In this document: positions 7,413-16,392 of the stretch, piece by piece | Layout of the letters: each line of letters begins with the position of its first letter | Position numbering within the stretch: the stretch's first letter is position 1 | DNA from: an uncultured virus (IMG/VR IMGVR_UViG_3300030098_005439) | Taxonomy: Duplodnaviria; Heunggongvirae; Uroviricota; Caudoviricetes | DNA: 20,000 nt | Virus record (IMG/VR): IMGVR_UViG_3300030098_005439 | Direction: 5' to 3' (one strand) | Made by a program: the position numbers and the translations under genes | Notes under the pieces: generated by a model | The model's database searches: none | What the model was told of the DNA's origin: nothing | What the model saw: the letters and a program-made list of their open reading frames with translations, nothing else

Positions 7413-9647
7413 GTGGAGAGCAAGGACTTCCAAACTGGAGCAATATACAATTGGCAAATTTCTCTTTTCTTATCAGGCTTTACTAGTGTAAGGCCGCAAC
7501 AGGTCGTTGTCAAATGTCAGTCTCAGGTAGATAAACTATTCCTAAGACCCCCGACTAAGATAAACGAGTTTCCAAAGCGTAAGCTACCATGCTGGTCTCC
7601 CGCTCTCTATCAGCCTGGGAAGACTAGGAAGAACGGAAACGTTTCTAGTTTGTCAGCACTGGTATACGATTTTGATTCTGGTAATACCTCACCAGGTCTC
7701 ATGGCATCGGACCTCCGCAAAGCTGGGCACGCCTTTGTCATCTATACAACGTGGAGTCACACAAAAGCTAACCCCCGATTCCGGTTAGTCTTTTTCCTTA
7801 ATAGACCTATTCTTCCACATGAGTTTGTTCGCGTATGGGACAATGGCCTTTCCCTCATCAGTTATGTTGATGGGGTTGACCGGCAGTGTCGGGACATAGC
7901 GAGGCATTATGCTATGCCGGTTAGGAGATTGGGAGCAGAGGAATACGTGAGCGAGATAAATGTTTTTGGGAATCCACTTGATGTAGATAAACTATCATCA
8001 GCAAAATCAGGCAGTGGGGAAGGGGGAGAAGTAAAGCTGACCCCTGACATGCAGCTTGTTTTAGATGATGGCAAGTCCTTACCTGTGTGTGAGGTAGTAG
8101 AAAAGGGTCCAGGTAAGTACAGGTGTACTTGCCCTTTTCAGGATGGAGCATCCCCTGGTTCCGCTTTCTTGCGTGTAATGGATGATGGCCGAGCGTTCTT
8201 GCAGTGTACTAGTTCAAGGCACACGCATGAAGGGAAACAGTTCTGGTTAAAGAAGGGTGATGGGGATGGAAAGAAAAGCAAACGTTCCGCGCCCCGAAGT
8301 GTAGAGACAAGAGAGAAACTGTTGGGTGAGATTCCCGATGAGTTGATTGAGTATGCAGAAGATAAGATAGTCTACTGCGCTCCGCAGGGAGTCTTCTATA
8401 GACGTGAGAAAGGTTCCTGGGCAATCTCTCACCCTTGGCAGAAGAGCCATTTAGTAGATCACTTAGTTGGACTACTGCCCAAGGGAACAGATGTTCGACA
8501 TGCTCAAGCCCTGGTAGACCACACACTATCTAGGCAAGCATACGGTTTTGATTGCTCTCCCCGTGGCGGTTCAATTTTATGGGGTGATGTCGGTAGAATG
8601 ATTAACCTCTACTCTAAGCCCAAGGTTAGCCCGGTTCAGGGCGATTGGCCTAGGATTCTAAGAGTTATCCGTGTTCTTTGTGCCCATGATAAGGTAGCTA
8701 TGAAGTGGCTTATCCACTGGTCTGCTGCCCTGGCACAGTTTCCTGAACGAAGGTCGATGGTCGCTACAATATCTATCTCACCGCATCAGGGTATTGGTAA
8801 GAGTCTTTACGGTAGAATCTTATCTGAGATAATCGGCCCAGGGAATACAGCCGTGGTGTCGAATAGAGCATTGAGAGATAAATTCAATTCGAGTTACGTC
8901 GCAGCGTTGTTGGTTCTAGCCGATGAAGTTGGTGTAGATCCGCGAATGACTGACGTAGTAAGTGAGTTGAAGAGTTACATTACAGATGAAGAGGTACACT
9001 GTGCCGCCCCTTACGCAGCACGGACCAAGATTCAAAATAGAATGTCTTGGTGGATGACCTCTAATAACAGAAGACCCCTTGTACTAGACGAAAACGATAG
9101 ACGCATAACCATACTAGCAGCCGCTGAACCTACGCCCGAACACCGAAAGATGTTGAGATCATGTTTTGATTCTAAGCGTGGAACCTTTGAACCGATGTTT
9201 CGTGATGAGATTTCATCCTATGCCCATTACCTAAAAGCCTTAAAGGTTGACTGGAAACTGATTGCCTACCCCTTGGATACGAAAGCTAGACGACAAGTAC
9301 AATCCGCTAGCCTCTCATCAATCGATGCGTTCTTAGACGACATTAAGAAGTTGGGAGTCGTTTCTATTCTAGAAATGTATAAGCCTAGAATGGGAGTGCG
9401 GATCTCAGAATCTGTTCTGCAAAACTGCATACCCTGCGAACGTCTGTACGCATCATTCCGAGAGTGGTGCGAGAGTCACGGCCACAACTACATTCCGCCC
9501 GAGGCTGAGTTGGGGCTGGCCGTTGTCTCATTGAAAGGTGTAGAGAAGACGAACGCTAGGATCGCAGGGTCCAAAGTCAAAGTCTATGTGGGCTTGACAC
9601 GTAAAGAAAAGACTTCTGGACAAGTAGTAGAATTCCCCAAAAACTAA
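7413..9647 (+). CDS. primase-helicase (AEP-like primase + SF3/DUF5906-type helicase)
   Basis: 'ALVYDFD', 'YTTWSH', 'PRFRLV' primase motifs; CTCP...C...H zinc site; Walker A 'QGIGKS', Walker B 'VLADE', 'TSNN', 'DRR'. Confidence 0.88.
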   Translation: MESKDFQTGAIYNWQISLFLSGFTSVRPQQVVVKCQSQVDKLFLRPPTKINEFPKRKLPCWSPALYQPGKTRKNGNVSSLSALVYDFDSGNTSPGLMASDLRKAGHAFVIYTTWSHTKANPRFRLVFFLNRPILPHEFVRVWDNGLSLISYVDGVDRQCRDIARHYAMPVRRLGAEEYVSEINVFGNPLDVDKLSSAKSGSGEGGEVKLTPDMQLVLDDGKSLPVCEVVEKGPGKYRCTCPFQDGASPGSAFLRVMDDGRAFLQCTSSRHTHEGKQFWLKKGDGDGKKSKRSAPRSVETREKLLGEIPDELIEYAEDKIVYCAPQGVFYRREKGSWAISHPWQKSHLVDHLVGLLPKGTDVRHAQALVDHTLSRQAYGFDCSPRGGSILWGDVGRMINLYSKPKVSPVQGDWPRILRVIRVLCAHDKVAMKWLIHWSAALAQFPERRSMVATISISPHQGIGKSLYGRILSEIIGPGNTAVVSNRALRDKFNSSYVAALLVLADEVGVDPRMTDVVSELKSYITDEEVHCAAPYAARTKIQNRMSWWMTSNNRRPLVLDENDRRITILAAAEPTPEHRKMLRSCFDSKRGTFEPMFRDEISSYAHYLKALKVDWKLIAYPLDTKARRQVQSASLSSIDAFLDDIKKLGVVSILEMYKPRMGVRISESVLQNCIPCERLYASFREWCESHGHNYIPPEAELGLAVVSLKGVEKTNARIAGSKVKVYVGLTRKEKTSGQVVEFPKN

Positions 9648-9659
9648 ACGAGAAATAAA

Positions 9660-11264
9660 ATGCCTGACCTATTTTCATGGGCAGACTCTGTTCCTGTGTG
9701 GGCAGAGGATTTGCCTGGAGTGTGGAAGAACAAGAAGAACAATGGTTATCGAGTACCTCACAATGCGTGTGGGATTCTTGAGTGGGACCAACATCAAAGG
9801 GATGGAGCCAAGATACTTGAAGGTGCTCTGGGATCACCCGCCTTACAGCCCTGGGTAAAAGGGTTCCTTATGCCGCATCAAATGAAAGCGGTTTCCCATT
9901 CACTTAAACGGCCTGCCTCTAATGTGTGGGCACCTCCCGGTTCTGGAAAAACGCTTTGCGGAATCGTGTGGCTGTGCGCCGCTGGCTCTAAGTTTAAGTT
10001 GGTAGTCACTAGAGCGATTGCCCGAGGTACATGGAGAGAAGAGATACGCAAGTACACTACTCTGAGAACCAAGTTACTGACTGGTCAATCCGCAGAAACG
10101 TTTGTCCCTGAACCTGATACTATTTACGTTACAGCCTGGGAGACTCTGATACATTGGGGTCCGGTGCTCACCAAGATGCACCCCGACAGTATAGTGTTCG
10201 ATGAGATCCACTGCGCTAAGAACCCCAAGCGTGTATTTGCTGTCATGTCTGCGTCCGGGGAAAAGCAGTGGAAATCTAGAGAAAACATTTCGGCAAACGC
10301 CAGCGAACTTTCCAAGAACTCCAATCGGAGATTGGGGCTAACCGCTACGCCAATACCTAATAGGCCCAGAGATTTGTGGGCACAGTTGGATTTGGTAGAG
10401 CCGTGGCAGTGGGGCACCTTCCACCAATTCGGTGTCCGTTATTGCGGAGGGTTCGAGGATACTTATGGGTGGAAGTACGATGGCCTTAGTAACTCTGATG
10501 AGTTGAATAGCCGACTAAAGCTGGTCAAACATAAGACCTCCCAAAAAGCGATGGCGGCTAACCTCCCGCCCAAGCGTCGGCAGGTAGTACACCTATCACA
10601 AGAAGAACAAAACAGGCCCGCAGGAGGATTCAAACGAGAGATACAAAAAGCATCGAAGATGGGTAACCATGAGGGTTTGTTTGAGTTGTACCTACAAGAA
10701 GCTGCCACACGTAAGCAGAAGTACGTCATTGAACGTGTGACTGAGGCTGCTCGATGCGGTCAAAGGGTCGCAGTCTTTACAGGCAGACGCAAAGATAGTG
10801 AGGAGATAGCTGACAAAGTACAGAAACATTTCTCTAAAGAAGGCGTCACTGCCCAGGTGTGGTGGGCACACGGAGGGCTGAGCACTGAGAAACGCGATGA
10901 GATTCGCGGAGAGTATATGTCTTCTAAAGGTGCCGCTGTTCTTATTGCGACGGGGGACTCGATGGGTGAGTCCATCAACTTACAGAAAACAGATTTGGCA
11001 TTGATCGTAATGTTGCCTTGGACACCTCGGCAGATTCGACAATGGGAAGGTCGATTCATTCGATTGGGTGGAGATAGGCCGGTGCTGATTTCATACGTGA
11101 TTGCCGAAGGGACTGTGGACGAGGACGTGACCGAGGTTTTGTTGGACAAGCTACCGGCAGTTGGCGCGGTCGCTCAGGATGAAATGATCACAGAATTCGA
11201 AGATTCGTTTTCGGCATCAGAGGGTGACCTACTGGCACGCATAATATCTGCAACAAATGCTTGA
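9660..11264 (+). CDS. SNF2-family (SF2) helicase
   Basis: PPGSGKT, DEIH, GLTATP, 'GESINLQ', 'QWEGRFIR'. Confidence 0.9.
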   Translation: MPDLFSWADSVPVWAEDLPGVWKNKKNNGYRVPHNACGILEWDQHQRDGAKILEGALGSPALQPWVKGFLMPHQMKAVSHSLKRPASNVWAPPGSGKTLCGIVWLCAAGSKFKLVVTRAIARGTWREEIRKYTTLRTKLLTGQSAETFVPEPDTIYVTAWETLIHWGPVLTKMHPDSIVFDEIHCAKNPKRVFAVMSASGEKQWKSRENISANASELSKNSNRRLGLTATPIPNRPRDLWAQLDLVEPWQWGTFHQFGVRYCGGFEDTYGWKYDGLSNSDELNSRLKLVKHKTSQKAMAANLPPKRRQVVHLSQEEQNRPAGGFKREIQKASKMGNHEGLFELYLQEAATRKQKYVIERVTEAARCGQRVAVFTGRRKDSEEIADKVQKHFSKEGVTAQVWWAHGGLSTEKRDEIRGEYMSSKGAAVLIATGDSMGESINLQKTDLALIVMLPWTPRQIRQWEGRFIRLGGDRPVLISYVIAEGTVDEDVTEVLLDKLPAVGAVAQDEMITEFEDSFSASEGDLLARIISATNA

Positions 11265-11290
11265 CAGCCGTATTGCAACTATATAAGAAT
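11261..11290 (+). promoter_or_regulatory. possible sigma70-type promoter
   Basis: Perfect TTGACA at 11261-11266, AT-rich TATATAAGAAT 14-24 nt downstream, then SD AAGGAG. Confidence 0.45.
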
Positions 11291-11306
11291 AGAAGGAGAG
11301 AGATCA

Positions 11307-12122
11307 ATGAGCAAGATACTACTGGACGCAGGGCCATCCGAGAGGGGGTGGCACCGCATTGAGACTGCCGCACGGTGCCTGCGCTTCTTCGCGCTGCGCG
11401 AGAGTGGGGCTGTGCCCTTCCCTGAGAGCGAGCCTCTCATACGGGGCTCCCTGGTCCACATCGGATTGGCGCACATATACGCCCGCAAGCAGGCGGCAGA
11501 CTCTGGAAACGATCCAGAGAAATACTACAGCCCGATGGATGCAATCCTGAAGTTAGCAGAAAAGAATGGCCCCACATGGGAAGGGTTGGTTGACCACTGT
11601 TGCGACATGGTGAACGCATACCGCCTGCGATGGGGCGACGATAAGAAGTGGAAAGTCATTTCTGTGGAAGAAGAGTTGCGTGCTACGCTTAGAGGTAAGT
11701 GGTTGTATACACAACGAGCAGACCTAATCGTCGAAGATGAGCACGGTAAGGTTTGGATTGTAGACCACAAGACTGCTTATAGGATTGCGTCGGTAACACT
11801 CAGTCCACATATTCTAGATGGTCAAATGCTTGGCTATCAGATGTTTGGCAGAAAGAGATTCGGTAAAAGATTCGGTGGAGTTATCATCAACCGCATCACA
11901 ACACGCGCACCGTTTGCTTTCGACAGGTCTTTACTTGAGCCTGCACCAGATGCGTTGTCGAGGTTTGTCGGAAACCTTTGCGACGTAGAAGAAATGATTG
12001 AGAGGTACGAAGGTCGTCCACCTATGGAATGGCCCGGTACATATTCGAATATGATTTGCACACACAAGTATGGAAAGTGTGATGCGTTTGAACAATGTCA
12101 GTGGGGAGTAAGTAGTGAGTAA
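11307..12122 (+). CDS. PD-(D/E)XK exonuclease, Cas4/RecB-like with Fe-S cysteines
   Basis: N-terminal Cys, 'RGSLVH', 'ADLIV...IVDHKT', 'QMLGY', C-terminal C..C..C. Confidence 0.85.
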   Translation: MSKILLDAGPSERGWHRIETAARCLRFFALRESGAVPFPESEPLIRGSLVHIGLAHIYARKQAADSGNDPEKYYSPMDAILKLAEKNGPTWEGLVDHCCDMVNAYRLRWGDDKKWKVISVEEELRATLRGKWLYTQRADLIVEDEHGKVWIVDHKTAYRIASVTLSPHILDGQMLGYQMFGRKRFGKRFGGVIINRITTRAPFAFDRSLLEPAPDALSRFVGNLCDVEEMIERYEGRPPMEWPGTYSNMICTHKYGKCDAFEQCQWGVSSE

Positions 12123-13020
12123 ACAGAAGGTAGAAGAGTCAGGAGTATTCGCAGTGGTCTACGGACCATCGAAGACAGGTAAGAGCACGGCGACGGGAGC
12201 AGCAGGGGCGGCGGGATTATTCATCGCGCAACCGGGGGGGCTGCTTCCGATTACCAACTATCTTGGTTTGAGTGGAGTCGAATACTTGGCGCCGACCAAT
12301 GTTCAGGAGGCTTCCAAGATCGTTCGAGACAATGCGGGTAAGCATCCAACAATCGTAGTTGATGACTTTTCTCTATTGGTCGAGCAGACAATCCAACAAC
12401 TTGAGAAGAAACATTCCTTCGGAGATATGTGGCGAGCACTCCGACACCAAGTTTTAGAAATGCGTGACGCAGCTAGAACTGCAACAGCCAAGAAAACCCA
12501 TGTCATATTCAACTGTCATCAATCACCGCCTAAGACTTCCTCTGGTAAGTACGTTAGGGGCGGGCCGCAATTGCCCGGTCAATTACCAGAACAGTTTTCA
12601 GCATTCGCAGATGTCGTTGCCCGAGTCAAGTACGATGCGACGGCAGCACCCTGGAAGTACATACTACGCACCGGCCCTGACGCTGAGTATATCAGCGGCG
12701 ATAGGCTCGACATTTTCCCTGACCCTGCTCCGATAAATGTAGGAGAAGCACTGCGATGCGCTGGCTACGATATTCCTAGAGCCAAGGGATTAGAGTGGAT
12801 GGAAGGCGTAGTGAATGACTTATCTTCATTGGTATTAAAGAATGACATACTCGAATGGAGAACAACATTGAAGCCAGCAGCAGAAAAGCTGCGAAAGAAA
12901 TACGAATTACCTCATGTTCGCTGGGCGATACAGGACTCTCTACATAGAGCCGTCTTGCTTAATGCGAAAAACAATCTTCTCGACAACTTGTTTGCCGAGG
13001 AAAACCTGGAAGAGTGGTAG
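12115..13020 (+). CDS. AAA_24 / Sak4-like recombination ATPase
   Basis: 'YGPSKTGKST', 'TIVVDDFS', 'GPQLPG', 'FADVV'; sits between the exonuclease and the SSB-like gene. Confidence 0.8.
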   Translation: MSKQKVEESGVFAVVYGPSKTGKSTATGAAGAAGLFIAQPGGLLPITNYLGLSGVEYLAPTNVQEASKIVRDNAGKHPTIVVDDFSLLVEQTIQQLEKKHSFGDMWRALRHQVLEMRDAARTATAKKTHVIFNCHQSPPKTSSGKYVRGGPQLPGQLPEQFSAFADVVARVKYDATAAPWKYILRTGPDAEYISGDRLDIFPDPAPINVGEALRCAGYDIPRAKGLEWMEGVVNDLSSLVLKNDILEWRTTLKPAAEKLRKKYELPHVRWAIQDSLHRAVLLNAKNNLLDNLFAEENLEEW

Positions 13021-13085
13021 TCCGAGGTGGGATAATTTTTTTATTGTTTTTACCTCTCTCACTTAGGGCTACTGCTCTTCCTTTT
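13008..13085 (+). ncRNA. long hairpin presenting an anti-RBS sequence (candidate antisense RNA)
   Basis: 13008-13032 pairs with 13057-13081 (24 pairs including G-U, one mismatch). 13043-13061 is the exact reverse complement of 1203-1221. Confidence 0.6.
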
Positions 13086-13125
13086 ACCCAAAACACAACA
13101 ACATATGAAACGAGGTCCATTTATT

Positions 13126-13680
13126 ATGGAAAATCTTAGTATTGAACTGAACTTTGAAGGAGTAAACGCGGCTGGAGGATTGGGTTCTTTGCCCGCTGGC
13201 CTTCACGCAGCATCGATTGCGGAGTTTAAGCACTTCCCTGATACAAACCGGCTGTACGCTTACATGGTTACGAATGGTATTCGTCACCGCGAAAGCTTTG
13301 GTTTGGATAATCCCAACAGCCTTCCTTTCGTGAAAGCATTTCTCTTGTCCGCTGGCGTTCCAGAAGACAAGGTGGCTGGAAAGAACAAGGTTCCCTTTCA
13401 CAAGCTGTGTGGCCGTGATGTATTCTTCCAATACACTCCTGCTGATACAGACGATAGTGGGAACCGCATCGATGGTAGTTACGCTCGATACGTTTTCTAC
13501 CAACAAGGTCAGTGGGAACAGATGGTTGCGTACAGCAACAACGCACCATCAAACTCTGATGTCGTAGTTGAAGAGCCGACATCGAATGGCGCATCCTCAA
13601 CTGCACCCGTTGAAGCTGTGGGAGCAGCGGACGACGATGGGGATGACTTCGACTTCTTGCTCAACGATAGTGATGAGTAA
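13126..13680 (+). CDS. putative single-stranded DNA-binding protein (DUF669-like)
   Basis: SD GAGGT at 13112 favours ATG 13126; 'LPAG' N-terminal motif; acidic/aromatic tail DDDGDDFDFLLNDSDE; follows the Sak4-like gene. Confidence 0.7.
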   Translation: MENLSIELNFEGVNAAGGLGSLPAGLHAASIAEFKHFPDTNRLYAYMVTNGIRHRESFGLDNPNSLPFVKAFLLSAGVPEDKVAGKNKVPFHKLCGRDVFFQYTPADTDDSGNRIDGSYARYVFYQQGQWEQMVAYSNNAPSNSDVVVEEPTSNGASSTAPVEAVGAADDDGDDFDFLLNDSDE

Positions 13681-16222
13681 GGCGATCGAATCCTTTAACG
13701 GAGCCCTTTGCAGGTCGTGTCCTCTTGGATGCGACCTGCATCGCTCCGGTGAAATGTTTCCAGTAGGAGCGGAAACCCATGATGGCGATAAGATTGCCAT
13801 TATAGGTACGGCCCCTGGTAACCGAGAGATAGAAGAGGGTCGCCCTTTCGTCGGCCCGAGTGGGATGGAGTTACAAGCTGCCTTGGATGCAGTGGGGATC
13901 TCCCGCACAGATTGTCACCTTACGAATACGATTGCCTGTAGACCGAAGGCCGATGACCTATCCGGCTATATGCTCAGACTAGGTAGGCGTAACAGAAAAC
14001 GCAGATCAAAAGATGAGCCTGAATGGTCTACCCCACACTCTTGCTGCAAGCCCAGGCTGCACAAAGAGTTGGAAAGTTTTACTAAATTCATTTGCCTTGG
14101 CGCCACCGCAGCGGCTGCGCTTAGAGGCGGCAACCCTTCCATTATGAAGCTGAGAGGTTCATGTGAAACGATTCCCGCACCTTGGGATAGGACTAAGAAC
14201 ATTCTCGTTGCATACACTCTGCACCCCGATTTTGTAATCCAAAGACCTAAGTGGCGATCTACTTATCAACATGACATAGCCAAAGCTGCTAGGTTTTTTG
14301 ATGGAAACCTTTTGTGGAAAGACCCGCTAATCTTGCGGCCCCAGTCAATCAGAGAGGTTCAGTCCGCATTGGCTGCTCTACGGGCAGCGGGTAAGCCGAT
14401 TGCGTATGACGTTGAGACTGATGCTAAGAATCCGCTAGATGCCCGACTGAGGTGTGTCGCTTTCTCTAATGAGAAGACTGCGGTAGTTGTGCCCATCTTA
14501 TCTATCGACGGCGCTACTCGTAGTTTCAACCCGCAAGAAGAGAAAATCCTATTGGAGATTCTTAGAAACTTTCTCAAGAATCCTGGGGTACCCCTTCTCG
14601 GACACAACGCAGGCCAATACGATAGAATCGTTTGTGAAGAACAGTTGGGTGTAACCCCTAAGTTATCCGCAGATACTTTGTTGATGCACCTACTCGCAGA
14701 TAACGAAATGCCTCACAACCTAGGCTTTGTGGGCTCTAGGTATACAGACTTTACGGAAGCCTGGAAAGCTGACCATACAGCTACGCAAGCACGCACTGAC
14801 CACGAACTACATACCTACTGCGCCAAAGACTCTTGCGTAACTATACGTGCGATGAAGCCTCTGACAGAAGTGATTAAGAAGAGAGAGCAGTGGCCCCTAT
14901 TAAAGCTGGAGCATCAACTACAAGACATTGGCTGCAAGATGCAGCGTCTTGGAATGTTTGTAGACCAAGCGAAGCTATTGGAACATGAGTTTAGATTTGA
15001 GACTGAGGGCAAGAAGTATCGAGATATATGCCTAGAGATAGGGCCGACAGACTTTAATCCCAACTCTACTACTCAACTCAGGAAAATACTTTTCGATGAA
15101 TGGGGATTGTCGCCAGTCAAATACAACGAGAAAAGCGGTGACCCTAGTACAGATGATGACTCTCTACGAAGGATGCTTACGGAGTATGGGCTAGACGAAG
15201 AAAAGAATACCTTTATTCAAGCTATTCGTTTGGTCAGACGAAATACAAAACTACTGAGCACATACATCAAACCTCTACGCTCGGGCTTGGTACTGCCTGA
15301 TGGTCGAGTACACCCAGCGTACAATCGATTACCCGCTACAGGTCGGTACTCATCTTCGGAGCCGAATGCTCAAAACATTCCTTACGATCTTAGGGACTTG
15401 TTTATTCCCCAGCCCGGTCATGTGTTTGTTGGCGCTGATGCTGACCAGTTGGAGTTGCGGTACATCGCAGAAGAAGCGAACGCTGAAAGACTTATTGAAG
15501 TTATTAATTCGGGCCTAGACCCACATAACGAGACAATGGAGATTGTTTATGGAAAAAGCATATGGTCGCTCAAAGGAGCGCCAGAAGAGAGAACGCAAAA
15601 AGGCAAAGACGCTTTCAAAGCTACGCGAGGCGTTACCAAGAATGTCCGATACGCATGGCAGTACGCAGCCAGCGTCCCGAGAATATGGGAAGCAGTCGTC
15701 AGTGTTGAGGATGATGAGGGTAAACTCATCTACTCGCACCTTACGAAAAGGGACATTCGCGATGTTGTCCGAGGATTGGAGAGGGCAGATCCCGAGATCC
15801 CCCAATGGTGGCAGCAGACGCGGAACAGTTACAGAAGAAATGGATACGTAGCAGATTCTCTTTGGGGTAGGCGTCGAGACTTTAAAGATGAAGAGAAGCT
15901 AAATGAGTTGGTGAACCACCCAATACAAACAGGTGGAGCAGTTGTGGTGCATGAATCTATGCTGCAACTAACTACGGGCCACCCAGGTAGAGCGACAGAA
16001 ACTGTAGAGCAAAGTGATGTTGGCGTCATACCATTCGACTTTGAGAATAAGACAGGTCTAGTGAACCAGTGTCACGATTCTCTATTGTTCGAAGTGCCCG
16101 AGGATGATGGAGAGAAAGTAAAGGAGTGGCTTCAAACTGCGATGACTCGTCGCCGTAGGGATGGAGCCCGAGTCAACTATACAGCCGAAGCGGAGATCGG
16201 CATGAATTGGAAGGAGGTGTGA
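13673..16222 (+). CDS. polA: family A DNA polymerase with N-terminal uracil-DNA glycosylase (family 4-like) and 3'-5' exonuclease domains
   Basis: UDG: CxxC, GTAPG, PFVGPSG, TN..CRP, LHP. Exonuclease: YDVET, HNAGQYD, YCAKD. Polymerase: TGRYSSSEPNAQNIP, DADQLELR, RxxxKxxxYxxxY, NHPIQ, HDS. Start reassigned to ATG 13673, overlapping the SSB end. Confidence 0.93.
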   Translation: MSKAIESFNGALCRSCPLGCDLHRSGEMFPVGAETHDGDKIAIIGTAPGNREIEEGRPFVGPSGMELQAALDAVGISRTDCHLTNTIACRPKADDLSGYMLRLGRRNRKRRSKDEPEWSTPHSCCKPRLHKELESFTKFICLGATAAAALRGGNPSIMKLRGSCETIPAPWDRTKNILVAYTLHPDFVIQRPKWRSTYQHDIAKAARFFDGNLLWKDPLILRPQSIREVQSALAALRAAGKPIAYDVETDAKNPLDARLRCVAFSNEKTAVVVPILSIDGATRSFNPQEEKILLEILRNFLKNPGVPLLGHNAGQYDRIVCEEQLGVTPKLSADTLLMHLLADNEMPHNLGFVGSRYTDFTEAWKADHTATQARTDHELHTYCAKDSCVTIRAMKPLTEVIKKREQWPLLKLEHQLQDIGCKMQRLGMFVDQAKLLEHEFRFETEGKKYRDICLEIGPTDFNPNSTTQLRKILFDEWGLSPVKYNEKSGDPSTDDDSLRRMLTEYGLDEEKNTFIQAIRLVRRNTKLLSTYIKPLRSGLVLPDGRVHPAYNRLPATGRYSSSEPNAQNIPYDLRDLFIPQPGHVFVGADADQLELRYIAEEANAERLIEVINSGLDPHNETMEIVYGKSIWSLKGAPEERTQKGKDAFKATRGVTKNVRYAWQYAASVPRIWEAVVSVEDDEGKLIYSHLTKRDIRDVVRGLERADPEIPQWWQQTRNSYRRNGYVADSLWGRRRDFKDEEKLNELVNHPIQTGGAVVVHESMLQLTTGHPGRATETVEQSDVGVIPFDFENKTGLVNQCHDSLLFEVPEDDGEKVKEWLQTAMTRRRRDGARVNYTAEAEIGMNWKEV

Positions 16223-16392
16223 TGTATAAATCGGAAAAGGTATTCGACATAGCAAATAGAAAACCTTGGACATTGAGAATACTTTTTAACGGAGAACCTG
16301 TGTTTACAGGGACTTATACAGCCTTGGATGGAGCAAACCGGGCTGAGAAAAAAGCGATAAAAAGATTATCATTAGAGGGAAAAAATGGCTGA
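16222..16392 (+). CDS. small AP2-like DNA-binding protein
   Basis: SD AAGGAGG, TGATG overlap; 'WTLRILFNGEPVFTGTYTALDGANRA' follows the AP2 WxxxIxxxGxxxxxGxY...A pattern. Confidence 0.55.
   Translation: MYKSEKVFDIANRKPWTLRILFNGEPVFTGTYTALDGANRAEKKAIKRLSLEGKNG

Noticed and set aside
11307..12122. Cas4 as evidence of a CRISPR system
   Set aside because: No repeat-spacer array or other cas genes; the context is a standard phage exonuclease-Sak4-SSB recombination module.
12937..13061. Minus-strand gene using the inverted RBS at 13043-13061
   Set aside because: The RBS-like tract is followed by ATA rather than ATG, and the short frame runs antisense into the Sak4-like gene.
13568..13672. N-terminal extension of the polymerase ORF overlapping the SSB gene
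   Set aside because: ATG 13673 gives a normal short overlap and begins just before the UDG CxxC; the extension looks like an incidental open frame.
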